Source of the DNA: Amoebophrya sp. A120
Lineage: Eukaryota; Protista; Dinoflagellata
Length of the DNA: 64,000 nucleotides
Direction: 5' to 3'
Assembly: GCA_905178155.1 (NCBI GenBank)
Contig: CAJINV010000007.1
Coordinates: forward strand, 163,004-227,003
The first letter of the stretch is position 1; every line of letters starts with the position of its first letter. Shown in pieces: positions 48,001 to 60,200 of the stretch. Under the pieces are notes generated by a model, which saw only the letters and a program-made list of their open reading frames with translations, was not told the origin of the DNA and did no database searches. Position numbers and translations under genes: made by a program.

Positions 48001-48920
48001 CAGCTCCTGTTTTTGTTTTTTCACAAAAAATCCCAGGGCAGACGAGAAGCAAAATATGGGCTCCGGGGAGGCACACGCCGCACCCTGGGCAAACGAGCAT
48101 ACCCTCGCTGCTGCTATCTGGAGACCAAAAAAGCCTGCTTTGGTGCCGTAGCAGTTTTGCTCCAGCGCAAACAACCCCAAACCCTATCCAAAGAGCAGCA
48201 ACAGCTCCTGTTTTTGTTTTGTCACAAGAAATCCCACCGCCGGGAAGAAGCAAAATTTGGGCTCCGGAGAGGCACAAGCGGCACCCTGGGCAAACGAGCA
48301 TACCCTCGCTGCTGCTATCTGGAGACCAAAAAAGCCTGCTTTGGTGCCGTAGCAGTTTTGCTCCAGCGCAAACAACCCCAAACCCTATCCAAAGAGCAGC
48401 AACAGCTCCTGTTTTTGTTTTGTCACAAGAAATCCCACCGCCGGGAAGAAGCAAAATTTGGGCTCCGGAGAGGCACAAGCGGCACCCTGGGCAAACGAGC
48501 ATACCCTCGCTGCTGCTATCTGGAGACCAAAAAAAGGCGCTTTTGTGATGTTGCACCTTTGCTCCGGCGCAAACAACCCCAAACCCTATCCAAAGAGCAG
48601 CAACAGCTCCTGTTTTTGTGATGTCACAAGAAATCCAAGTGCTGGAAAGAAGCAAAATTTCGGCTCCGGAGAGGCACAAGCGGCACCCTGGGCAAACGAG
48701 CATACCCTCGCTGCTGCTATCTGGAGACCGAAAAAAGGCGCTTTTGTGGTGTTGCAGCTTTGCTATGCGGGAAAGCTGCTCCGAACTTTGTTGTCCTAAT
48801 GGCGTCAGCTCGTGTTTTGCTTTTCTCGTCAGGGAATCCCGCCACACACGAAAGGCAAAAACTGCTATCCAGACACCGAAAAAAACTGCTTTTGTAATGT
48901 GGCAGTTTTGCTCTAGCGCC
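45050..48920. repeat. 201-bp tandem satellite (~17 units) with variant units at the edges
   Basis: ccctatccaaagagcagcaacagctcc recurs every ~201 bp. Confidence 0.95.
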
Positions 48921-49399
48921 GCCCGGCCCCAACCTTCATTCAAATAGCAGGCACAGTTCGTGTTGTATGCTATCCTCTCGCAAGATGAGACTCTAGCTTT
49001 CTTCGAACAAAAGGAACAAACGCGTAGTTCCGAAAATGAGACAATCCAAGATGCAAACGAGCACTGGCTCGTTGCTGCTACTTATCTGGGGGGCGAAGAA
49101 AGACGTGCTACTCCAGTTTCAAAAAAAGCTGTCGTGCCTGTGCGTTGTACAACATAGACATCATCTTGAGGGTTTTCAACCTTGCATTTGGTACTAACTA
49201 TCCAGGATCAGTGGCTCTTACCACTACCACCACTAGCAATTGTCAGCATTACATCTTTTCTCTACTGACGGTGAGGAACGTCCTGGCTCGATCGCGTCAA
49301 ACGGTAAAAAATCATATCATAAATATGCGTTTTTTGGTACCGAAACAACAGGCATAATCATAAATTATTATGAAAATGAAACTTTCCTCCTCTTCAACC

Positions 49400-52300
49400 T
49401 CAAAACGTGTAGATCTGAAAAAATTTTGGTTTCACTACAATCTTACAGGGCGTGTAGCCGATATTTTCACCGTCAATGTTTAACCGAGCTGGCTTATCGT
49501 GAGGAAAAATCCCCCCTCCCCATATTGAAAAGGCATCCTTTTGAAAATTTGCGATGCTAATTTGTGGCCACAAATCAGACCTGTCTTGCAAGAGAGCAAA
49601 GCCAGAGCTTCCGCCATTTTACGCAGGCGATTTGTGATGCTGCTGCGCCAACAGGGCAGACGCCTGCCATGCTGAGCGGCCACCTCTAGCAAGCCCCTTC
49701 CAGGCTCTGTATCTGCCTGCAGTCCTATACTGCAAGACAAAGGTGATTTGTGTACACAAATCCCGCAACACAGATTGTCACTTTGATATGGGGAGGGGGG
49801 ATTTTTCCTTTCGATATGGCTCGCTGGACTCGAAAGACCAGTCCGTGACTTTTTCGTACCCCACGCGCTTGTCGTTTACGTGCTATCCTGGATAAACACG
49901 CCCCCATCCCATTAGTTTAGTTGTCATGCAGAATTGCGATTACAGGAAAATTTGTAATGCGCAACTCCATGAGAGGCATTTCCAATCGCGTTTTGGGATT
50001 TGTAATGCTGGAAACAGGATAAGCAGATGGATTTGTGATGCGATTGCCCTTGCTAACACGGCGACTACACTACGGACTGCAACTTGTCATGCGTGGCTCC
50101 TAAAACTTCTGGACTTGTCTTGCTAAGTTCCTAATCATTGACTAGGGCGGGGGGGCTGGGGCGTTTTTACATATGATACGTGTTGCCCGTTCTTTTTCAC
50201 CTTGTTAAACAGCCCCAGTGTGGCACAGCAGCCGAGTTTTGGCCCTGTAATATGCACTGCAAAAGTACCTCGCAGTAGCTTGTTAGTTTAGGTTTACGGT
50301 TGTAAATATCGCATTACAATAAATTCTCTCAGCATCAAATATGGAGTTTGTCATGCTGATTCATCCTGGGAAGCAGATTCGTCATGCATGTTTGCAATTA
50401 CTACGGGTATCAGATACTTTTGCGAAGGGTACGTAACCGCATCCAGCAACCCATCGTCTACTTCGGCATACGGGGCAGTGTTTAACCTGATAATTTCGTA
50501 TTTGTTTCTTCACAGTTTTTTGTCATGCGTACTTGCATCACGATGAATCGAATGTCTTTATCTAAGTATTTCCATAAGTACTTGTCTCCCACCACTTTCG
50601 TGTTCTGCACCAGCGCCAAGGTGATTCCCTTCTCAAATTTGATTTCTCCGGATTTCTTTTCCCCAGCATATACTGAGCAAAAACGTCTCCAACTTCTCAC
50701 ACGACTTGTCATGCACCATATTTGCATGCCATGCAAGATGGCCAGCTAATTGTGTCTCATGCGTAGGCGTAGCCCCACCAGGAGGAGCATTTTCTGATGG
50801 TCTCGGGCGCCAGAGACCACTTTCTCATGCTCTAACAAGAAGAAGGCGCTGGATTTGTGACGCGGCTGCACTAGCTCCAGCCGCGACAAGAATAGAAACC
50901 CAAACTTGTCATGCGCAACCGACAACACTTCTCAGTTTGTGTACGCAAAACTGACATCTACTTAACTCTGGGGTGGGGACGTTTTTGCTTCTGATACAGC
51001 ACTCGGATTTTTACTCTTGTCCTGGTACTTATCCAAGAAAAAAACTGTGTTAGTGTAACTTTCCTTGGCGGACAGCATCACAAATTTGCTCTACATGACA
51101 GCGAAAACCTGTCATGCGTGGCTTGTAAGGGAAAACACACATGAAAAGAGGACGTCATGGTTGTCTGGCATGACAGGTGTAGCAGCTCTGTTGCATGTTC
51201 TGCATTACAGACTTACACTTACACAGTTTTTTTTCTTGCATAGTACTTGATCACTTGCGTCGGCCCCTTGCTCGTGTCGATGCGGCTATCAAATGCAAAA
51301 ATGTCTGGGTCTGGAATGTTGCTGGGTTTGTCATGCATATTTTGCATGACCCAGGATGTCTGTAATGCATGAACTAGCATCACAGATTTTTAGAGGGTTT
51401 CCTGATGCCTATTCCGCAAATGCCCTCCCCGCGTAGCACAAACTAGACTCCTCTTGCTGGTCATGCGATACAGATTTTTTTAGAGTCCAAAGTTAGCATC
51501 ACAAGCTCCAACCTTCCAGACCCAGACACTTTTGCATTTGATAGCGGCAGATTTCGAGCAAAATGCTCCAGTCGTATCGCAACGGGCCGCAGCACCGCCA
51601 CCGCTCTGCTTTGATGTTCGCATCGACGCCTAACCCAAGACCGAGCATGTTGTGCATCAGCTTCACGTTAGTAGAAGGCTCTTGACTGCTCGTCGCGTCA
51701 GCTACCAAATGCAAACATCTCTGGGTCAGGAAGATTGCAAGACTTGTCATGCAGATTCGCCGTTACCCATGATGTTGCAGGACCTAGCATCACAGACTCT
51801 ACTGTGAGATCTCTATCATGTTCACGCCTGTCCTGCATGAGAAACGCCGTCTCAATTTACTCAATTGATGTAGTCGTAGTGGACAACCTTATTAGGTAAT
51901 CATGCAACACAGATTTTTGCAGGAGCAGGATGCAGAAGCAGCATGACAAGTTAGCTACACTCTTCCTCACGACATATTTGCAATGCATATCAGCTACGGA
52001 TGGACCAGTCTGGTACGTGATCGCCCCTAAGTCGATCCACTTCGGCTCTCCTGCGTCTAGAGTTTGTGATGCAGAAGACTCCAAAAAGGCGTTGATTGCA
52101 TTGCCTGCGTATCGGTAGTATCCTGTGCAAATATATCGCAGTCATGTTTTTCTGGAGCTAAGTCTGCATTATTTCTCATGCGGAGGAAATTTGTAACGCA
52201 TTTATACGAGTACGATAGCGATACTTTTGCACTGCATAGGTAGGTGCGCTTCTTCGTCAGCTTATCCGTACTGTACCCGACGATTCCCAAATCCGTGGCC

Positions 52301-53390
52301 AGCGCGTTTCCCGTCCCCCCTGGGATCAAGCAGATTTTCTGTTTGATAGATTCCACGTTTGCAACCGAGTCGAGGTTCAGTCTCACCTTTTCCCGCGTCG
52401 CCAGCCCGTTCAAGCTATGCGTTGCAAAGATGTCTGGGTCTGGCCCTCTGCAACCTGTCATGCTATTAAATCTGCATCATGCAAAAATTTGTGTTGCATG
52501 CCTACCAAATGCTGCCCACTTTTGATCCAGTTGAGAAGCAGTTTCTCACGCAGGGAGTTAGGCATGATAGTGATCTCGCGGAATCTGTCATGCTAGGTCC
52601 TCCATTGCAGATCATATGGGCGGTCATGGACAACCTGCATGACAAGTCTAGCAATGTTCTAGACCAAGACATACTTGCAGTTGATACAAACACTCGTTCA
52701 ACGATCCGTCCCCGCCAATCACCACCAACACCGCCAGGTCCTCGCTCTGCAAAATCTCGTCCGGAATTTCACTCGCGCACATTTCGAACCCGTGGTTGGC
52801 TCGCTGGGTTTCGTAGGAGAGGATCTCGTACTTCTCGGTGTCGAGTTTCTCTAGGAGTTTCTTCTTCGTTATCAAATGTAAAAGTGTCTGGGTCTGGAAG
52901 GATGCAACTTGTGATGCTACCTCTGGACTCTACATCAAATCTGTATTGCATGAACAGCAAAAGAGGTGTATTTTGTGCTACGCGGAGAGGGCATTTCTCA
53001 TGCGGTATGAGCATCAGAAAGCCCTCGCAAGATCTCTGATGCTAGGGCATGCATCACAGACCTCATAGGTCATGCAAAATCTGCATGACAAACTCCTGCA
53101 TTCTTCCAGACCCAGACATTTTTGCAATCCATATTCGTCTCATCGTGGAGCTTTTTTCCCTTCTTCTTCCCGCCGTACGGGTTGTAGATGATCACGATTT
53201 TTTTCATCTTGGACTTTGCTTCCTCCAGCGCGGGAGTTGTTGCAGAAGCTGCTGCTGGTGCGGCAGGAGTGGTGGTCCCTGCGGACGCTAGTTCTTGTAC
53301 CAGCTGTGGCGGGGCGGCAGAAGCGGATGCGGCGGAGTCCTCTGGGTTCGCAACTTCCGGGGCCGGATCTGTACTAGTATCAGTGGACAT
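49400..53390 (-). CDS. Lipid kinase, DAG kinase/sphingosine kinase (YegS/DAGKc) family, 12 exons
   Basis: NPYGGKKKG, GGDGSLNE, IPGGTGNALA, GPLRY, APYAEVDDGLLD and NIDGE motifs reassemble in order across 11 introns. Confidence 0.92.
49495..49816. mobile_element. Introner family I
   Basis: TATcgtgaggaaaaatccccc.. / ..gggggatttttcctttcgATA; TSD tggct. Confidence 0.88.
49884..50178. mobile_element. Introner family D
   Basis: TIR; TSD cgtgc/cgtgt. Confidence 0.88.
50251..50431. mobile_element. Introner family B, degenerate
   Basis: Right end GTA; TSD tgtaa/cgtaa; joins DAVT|GPKLG. Confidence 0.78.
50487..50581 (-). other. Canonical GT-AG intron retaining introner-like internal boxes
   Basis: GACAA|GTACTT...TATCAG|GTTA gives VVGDK|LNTAP; contains ttgtcatgc and gcatcac. 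Confidence 0.8.
50669..50996. mobile_element. Introner family D
   Basis: TIR; TSD cagca. Confidence 0.85.
51030..51242. mobile_element. Introner family E
   Basis: TIR; TSD gtact. Confidence 0.9.
51287..51543. mobile_element. Introner family A
   Basis: TIR; TSD gcggc; close relative of 21655-21919. Confidence 0.92.
51703..51989. mobile_element. Introner family A, left end TAC
   Basis: TSD tcagc. Confidence 0.82.
52119..52238. mobile_element. Introner family B (short, 120 bp)
   Basis: TIR; TSD ggtag. Confidence 0.87.
52416..52686. mobile_element. Introner family A
   Basis: TIR; TSD caagc/caaac; splits NECL|NGL. Confidence 0.87.
52870..53133. mobile_element. Introner family A
   Basis: TIR; TSD ttcgt. 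Confidence 0.9.
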
Positions 53391-54207
53391 ATTGTGCAGT
53401 TTTCAACACATTTAGTAGGTAGCTGTGTTGTGCAACTAGGGACGCTTCCACGCAGCTCGGATGCGGGATAGTATTTACGCAAACGGAAACACACGAAAAG
53501 ACGTTTTACGATACCACACTCTCAAACACTTCAAGGACGGAAGAAGTTGGTATTGGTAGAAAGAAAGCACCAGGAGCGATAGGCCGTCTAATAATATCCA
53601 CCTCTTCCTACAAGAAGCCTGCTCCTCTTGCAAAGTATGCAAAAATTTTCCAGATTTGCGAATGTTCTTCTCTCACCTGACAAAAAAAAGCGCCCGCTCG
53701 GAGAGAAGTTGGCAACAGCAACTGCACTTCCAATTGAACTGGAAACGCATCAACATACTCATGAAGACCACACTGGCAAAACGTGAAAAGACTTATGATG
53801 TCGGAACATCTTCACACCTGCCGCACCTCGGCGTGTCGTCGTTCCCGTAGAACATTCTTTCTCTTTGGTGTAGTGAATGTGAAGACAGCAAGACTCTGCG
53901 TGTATAAATTTGTTTCGGCTCCGTCTTTGTCTTGCCACAGAGACAGAACTTTCACTTTGATCGTTGATGTAGCATGAAGAACCAGAGTACAGATTGTGTC
54001 TGGAAGACGGCCGGATATGAAAAGTACCATCGAAGGTGATAGACAGGTTGACAGAATGTTGATTGAATTTGAAGCTGCACACCTCCCATTTCTTGCTAGT
54101 TTATCACTCGAGTCTGAGAACAAACAACACAGTAACCATCCATGCAACTTCTCGTCCCGATACACTTGCTTCCCGCCTACCGTATGTCAAACTCCTTAGC
54201 CACGACC

Positions 54208-57200
54208 TTATAGTCGCACTGGACTAGCAGTGTAAGTAGATCGCCCACCTGCCGCTTGACTACGTGCTGCCGGAGAAGTGCTAGCAAAAGTCGCACTTCT
54301 ACTTGTCCCCGTCAAGCTCTCCCGCTCGGAACTGGTCCCCTATGCCTTGCAAATATGCCTGGGTGGTCTGGAAACTTGTATTAATGCAAGTCAGTGAATA
54401 CTAAGCACTCTGTAATGCACCGCCAAGCATGACAGGTTTTTTCGTCGCGTTGTGTTGCGCATTCCGCATGTATGACAGGCAGAGGGCACTGTTCGTGGCC
54501 ACGCAACACAAAGTCCAGATTCCTGCCAGGCAAGCATGACAGATCTCGCAGTCTTCCAGACCCAGACATCTTTGCATTTGATATCCCCGCGCCAGTCGCA
54601 AAATTGCTCTCGGAGTTCACTGTCCGAATTGTGCTCGCGCGATCTGAAGCAACACGCTCGACCTGTTGACCTCGGTCGTGCTGTGTTGACCGCGAAGGGT
54701 TCGGCGGTGCATCTTGTGTTCGATCTTCGTGTTGCGGCTGCACTGGGTTGTTGCTGCTATTCGAAGATCGACTACGGGGGTTGGAGGATCTGGATCGGGT
54801 GTCCGGATTAGAGAAGCTGCAGCTCCGCGTATTTGTATTGTTCGACGCCGTCGGGATTCCGGTCGTGGCGGTCGCGCCGGTGGAAGAAGTTGGAGTGCGC
54901 CCGGAACTTCTTGAGCTAGTCCGGGGCTTCTCGCGGTGGTGGTGGTTTAGATGATAGGCCTTGGTCGCGCCCTCGCTAGAACCACACATCTCCTCGTCTT
55001 CCAGCAGTAGCACTGTTCTCGATAACTCCTCCTGGTCTTCCAAAAACAAACTCTCCTCAACCAGCACTGAGCTCGGCTCCGGTGGGAGATCGGAGAGAAT
55101 ATCCGAGGCGGTTTATCCTGTATAAAAACGTCGTCCCCACCCGAGAGTTGTAATGCAAATCTGCATGCTATAAAATGTTTCCATCGCGGAGACCCATGAG
55201 AAGCATTTTCTAGTTGTGTTTTGGGATTTCGACTTGTGATGCTCGGATCAGCATGATATGTTCGATCTGTAATGCGGCTGCACTAGCTCAAGACTACTAC
55301 ACTGCGAGCCACAATTTGACGTCATGCCCAAAAGCAAAGCCTGTTGATTTGTGCACCAGCAGAGTTTGCATCTTCACTAACGGGCGGGGACGTTTTTCCT
55401 CAGGATACGGCTCCCGTCGCTTCCGTGACTGATTCGTCGTTACAATCCGCACCGCGCCGCCTCCGCACGGCCTGTAGCAGCTGCGGGTGCACAAGCCGCC
55501 GCAACTTTTTCCACACAGGATTCCGGACAAGGTTGCGCCGGCGCTGGACGTCCCTGCGCGCGTCCTCCGCATCTTCCAAGGCTGGCCGCGGTGGACAAAG
55601 CCTCTGCGCTATGAGAGTGCACAACCCCCCCTCCCCCTCATTTGTGTTGCATGAACAGCAATACAAACACCGCCACACGTGGAGCATGTGCATGACAAGT
55701 TCATGCGCCTAGTGTAGTACTGTTTGGGATTCCGGACTCTCTGATGCCAACAGTGCCACAGGAAAGCACGGGGATTTGGGGTTTTGCATGACAAATGAGG
55801 GGGAGGGCGGGTCGTGCACTCTCATATGCGTGTCCGTCTCCGTATTAGTCAGGGTCGACGCTGCGCTGCTGGAGGAAGGCGAAGCAGAAATACGCGAAGA
55901 AGAGAGGGACGAGGACACACTACGCTTTTCCGTTTTCGCGTTGGTCTTAACATTCCGTTTCGGCTGCACGACACCGGGGACGCCATGGCTCTCCGGTTCA
56001 TTCTCACGGATCGTTTGCAGCTCGCTACACGAGATCAGTGGCCCCCGTCTTTTCCAGGTCCTGGGAGCAGTCGCCCGTTGGCGGATGAGCTGGCGCTGAC
56101 TGTCCTTGCTGAGTTGTGAAAAGGTCGTATTTGCGCAGTAGGACTCGTCGTCTTGTGAAGTAGATGTTGTCGAGCAAGACCCCCAGCCAACCCTGGCAGC
56201 GACTTCCGCCACAGCACCCTGCTTCATCTCCGAAGGGTCATCACGTAGTAGTGCAACCGCAGGATCGGTGACAAACAGGTTGTTACCCGTGACCGGGTTC
56301 CGCGTCATCACGCCAGACGCCGCGGCCTGCATCCCGCCCAGCCGGATGAAAACCTCCTCGTGTACATCGGGCGCGAACGGGGCTGCCGTGACGGACAGGC
56401 CCTGTCCCGAAGGGCTTTTTAACCACGTTCGGTACGCACGCGACAGTTGATCCTCCTCTTATGGCGTTCTCAAGCGTTACACTCTCAAGAACTGTTACAT
56501 AAATTTGTAATCCAAGAATGGCAAAAGTGAAAGGGGTAAGGTTTCGCCTTTTGCATTACAGGTTTGGCGCAGATTCTAATGCTATGCAGCGCGTTGACAA
56601 CTTGTCATGCGAAGCAGCCTGATCATGTAGATACTGTCAGTAACTGATGGCCATTCTGCATGGCAAATTCATCAACAGCTGAGGATGTAACGTTTGAGAA
56701 TCCCATACCTCCGCCATGCGTTGTCTCTCCGCCTCCTCCCTCATCCTTTCCTCTTCCGCAAGCTGCACGGCGCGCTGGTGGTCCAGGCCCTCCAGCCACG
56801 TCTTGAATTCCTCAAATTTTTCCACCTCCGCCTCCCTGTTTCGTTCATCGAGCCAGTCAAAGTCTGTTTCTCGTTCGAGCTCCTTCTGCTTCCTTTCCGC
56901 TTCCTCCTGCCAAACAGATGCAGCAAAGTGTAAATTGCAAATCTGTATGTCGATCTGGGTCTAGAAATTCAAATTTGTATTGCTCCGTCTGGCATGATGA
57001 GAAATCGGTCTCTCAGACGGAAGTAACCGTTGTACGACGGACACGGACATGACAAGTTTTTGATGCACTATTTATTTCGTTTTGTTTTTGTATATTCATT
57101 GGTAATAAAAAATCGCATCACAGTACGGCTTTTTTACCGTTTAAAAAATACTGTATTATTGATCATTGTAACGCCATTTTGTGAAAAACCGCTATAAAAG

Positions 57201-60200
57201 TATTTTAAGTCTCAAAAAAAAAAACTAGATGCTTTCCAATACGAAATGAAAAAACCTACTTAATTACAAATCCCCTCGTGCATACAATACAGGTCTTGGT
57301 GCTCTCTCGCACGGGTCGTCCCGCATCACAAATGATCCAGACTCTGGGCGCTGGAACGAATATAGGTGGCCGCGGCCCGAGTTGAGCGCAAGTGACGCAG
57401 ATTTTCGCTGTGCGAGTTCCTATGGGCCGCTTAAGTTTCTGGCACCCATCGGCGAGGCCGCCTCTGTTTCGCCTGGCTGGCAGACTGCACCCAAACAAGA
57501 TGCCGGCCGGGGGCCGGGGCACGACGGCTTGCGGTGTAATAGGGGCGGGCCCGCCTCGGTTCTCTGCCCAGGACGCCTCGGCCCACCCTGCCGCAACATG
57601 TGGCGCGCTTCTCTTTGCGTTTGTTGACTGCCTGCGCGGGCCCACCGGCCTGGCCCTCGCTCGGGGCCGCGGCTGCAGTTCGTTGTTTGCGTGCGCGCCT
57701 GCTTCCCTTGAGCGAGGGGCCGGCCGCCCGGGCCCGGGCGGGCTTTCGGCGCCAAGGCCCGTTTGTTGTGGTATGCCCGGCCCGTCCAACAGGCGTCCTA
57801 GCGGAAGGGCGCGCGCGCGCGCCAGATTCATTCGTGCCGGGGCGGTGCCAGATTGAGCGCTCCAAGCAAGGCCGGCGCCGGGCCTTGGCAAGGGAGACCA
57901 AGCAGGGCAGCTGGTTCCCGGTAGTTCATTTATGGGCAGCCTACGATCGGGCTAGCTGATGCCTGCCACCCAGCTCACTGATCGCGGCCGGGGTTGTGCG
58001 GCGCAGCTAGATGCATTTATTTCGGCGAAGGATGGAAGCCTGCTAGCCGCGGCCAGATCCTTCCTGCCTGGCCAATGAGGCGGCTGCCACGCACATTGTG
58101 GCCGAGGCGGCGCAGAGCCTTTGCAGGGCCTACGACCGCCATATCCTGGTGGGCCGAGCCTGCTAGCCGATGCAAAGAAATCGTAAGCATTGCGCGAGGG
58201 AGGCAGTCTGGCATAGGCCTTGGGGAGGCGGAGCAAAGCCCTTGGGGGCTTGCCTGCGCTCGCAAAGCCGCTCGCGCTGTCCTCGGGGACAAGCCCTGGC
58301 GGGGCCTCGGGGGCATATGGCCGCTGGGGTTTATGCTTCGAAGTCCAGTCGCCCTCTTCTTGGGGCTGTTTTTTCTAGCTGCCCGCTGTCCATCAAGATA
58401 GGGTCGGCCAAACGGCCGACCCCCATCTTGTACAATACAGGTCTTGGTGCTCTCTCGCACGAGTCGTCCCGCATAATTACACATGATCCAGACTCCCCGA
58501 TCGATATTTCATTATGGATGCGTCAGGATTGAAATCGTCAAAGTTGAAATAATTTCTCATGCATAAACTGCAAGGCATGGAGTGCCTCTCTTGCAGGGGC
58601 GGCAAGTGAGGCCGACTGTCAGCCTGCTTGGGGTCTACGGCAGAGCTGCTAATGTAGCATGACAAAAGACGCCTTCTGTCCCTAAACAGCATGACAAACT
58701 GGATCTAGCTGGCGCCGAAATTTGTCATGCGCCGCTTGAAAATTGGGCTTCCAACTGGTATCGATTTTATGCATTACAAGTTATTTCAACTTTGTCGATT
58801 TCAATCCTGGCAATCCCATATTCATTTTGCACAGCATATCCACTCCTCTAACGAAATCGCGCCTCCTCCAGCGGGAATGGGGGGCAGCAGTTCCAGCGCG
58901 GCTTTCTCCGCCTCCTTCGAGCGGCCGGAGGGTATAACCCGCTCAGGTGTTACAATCTCAAACGTTACAACGGAATATCGAAATCTGTGATGCAAGATTG
59001 CATGATCCAGCCAACTCGCATAGGACTGCGCATGACAAGTTCTGGAGTCGCAATCCGCACAACAATCTGGCGAAATTTGTATTGCAGAAAGTGGAATGCT
59101 GTCCGAGTCTGTCATACTCATCACGCAACACAAATTCCAGATTCTGTTGTAACGTTTGAGATTGTAACAGCTGAGCAGGTTATACAGAGTCGCAACTGTT
59201 TCTGCGTGCCGAAGTACCAGAGGAGGTAGCGCCGTCGGTCCGGCTCACACAGCTCTATTCTGTGTAAAAACGTTCCCACTCCAGAATCAAGATCGGAAAT
59301 CTGCTAGGCAAATCAACCAGTTTTGGTTGTTTGGCATGACAAGTTTTTGCTCGTAGTATAGTCCCGCTTAGCTAGTTTAGAAGCATCACAGATCTAGCAT
59401 AGCATGCTGATTATAGCATCACAAATTCCAAAACAAGATCTACAAAATGCGTATCATAGGTCTCCGCATGAGAGAGTTTTTTGGCATGCAGAATTGCATG
59501 ACAACTATGCGGTGGGGACGTTTTTACACGGGATAAGCTCCTCTCCGAGCTCGACTTTCTCTATGATCTGGGCAAAGTCCTCGCGGGCGTCCCGCTGCTG
59601 CCGCGACGGGCGGCGCGCCAGCTGCAGACTATGAAATGTCAAAATGTCTGGGGGTGGAAGAGTCATGCTGTTTTTGCATGACACAGAAGGTCTGGCATGG
59701 AAGCTCTAGCATCACAAGTTTCGAGAAGCTTCCGCAATGCCGAATCCGCATGACAAGTTCCCTACTTTTCTGACAGAAAGTGGGCAGCTTTTGCTGCGCA
59801 TGCATGAGAGACTTTTCTGTGTTCTGAAATACGCATTACAAGTTGCATTCTTCCAGACCCAGACATTTTTCCCTTTGATACAGACATCGGTCGCGCGACC
59901 TGTGTAACGCGTCGAAATCCCGCCAGCAGTCTGGCATGTAGCCCCCGTCCGGCATATCATATGTAAAAATGTCTGGGTCTGGAAACTTGTGATGCTGGCT
60001 GGCGTCCGCGTCTCATGATGAGGCTACAAATGCTGGCTCAGCATGACAAGTTTCTGAGCTCCTAGGTGTTGCCTATTCTGCATGACAACCTGCCCTTCTG
60101 CATCACAGAAAAACGGAGCTCTTGGGTAACGTGCATGACAGATTTAAGAGTCATGCCAGACAAGCAGGACAAACATGAATTCTTCCAGACCCAGACATTT

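Noticed and set aside
45170-48943. Long repeat-protein ORFs (455-522 aa)
   Set aside because: Open on both strands because the 201-bp unit is a multiple of 3; indels shift frames freely.
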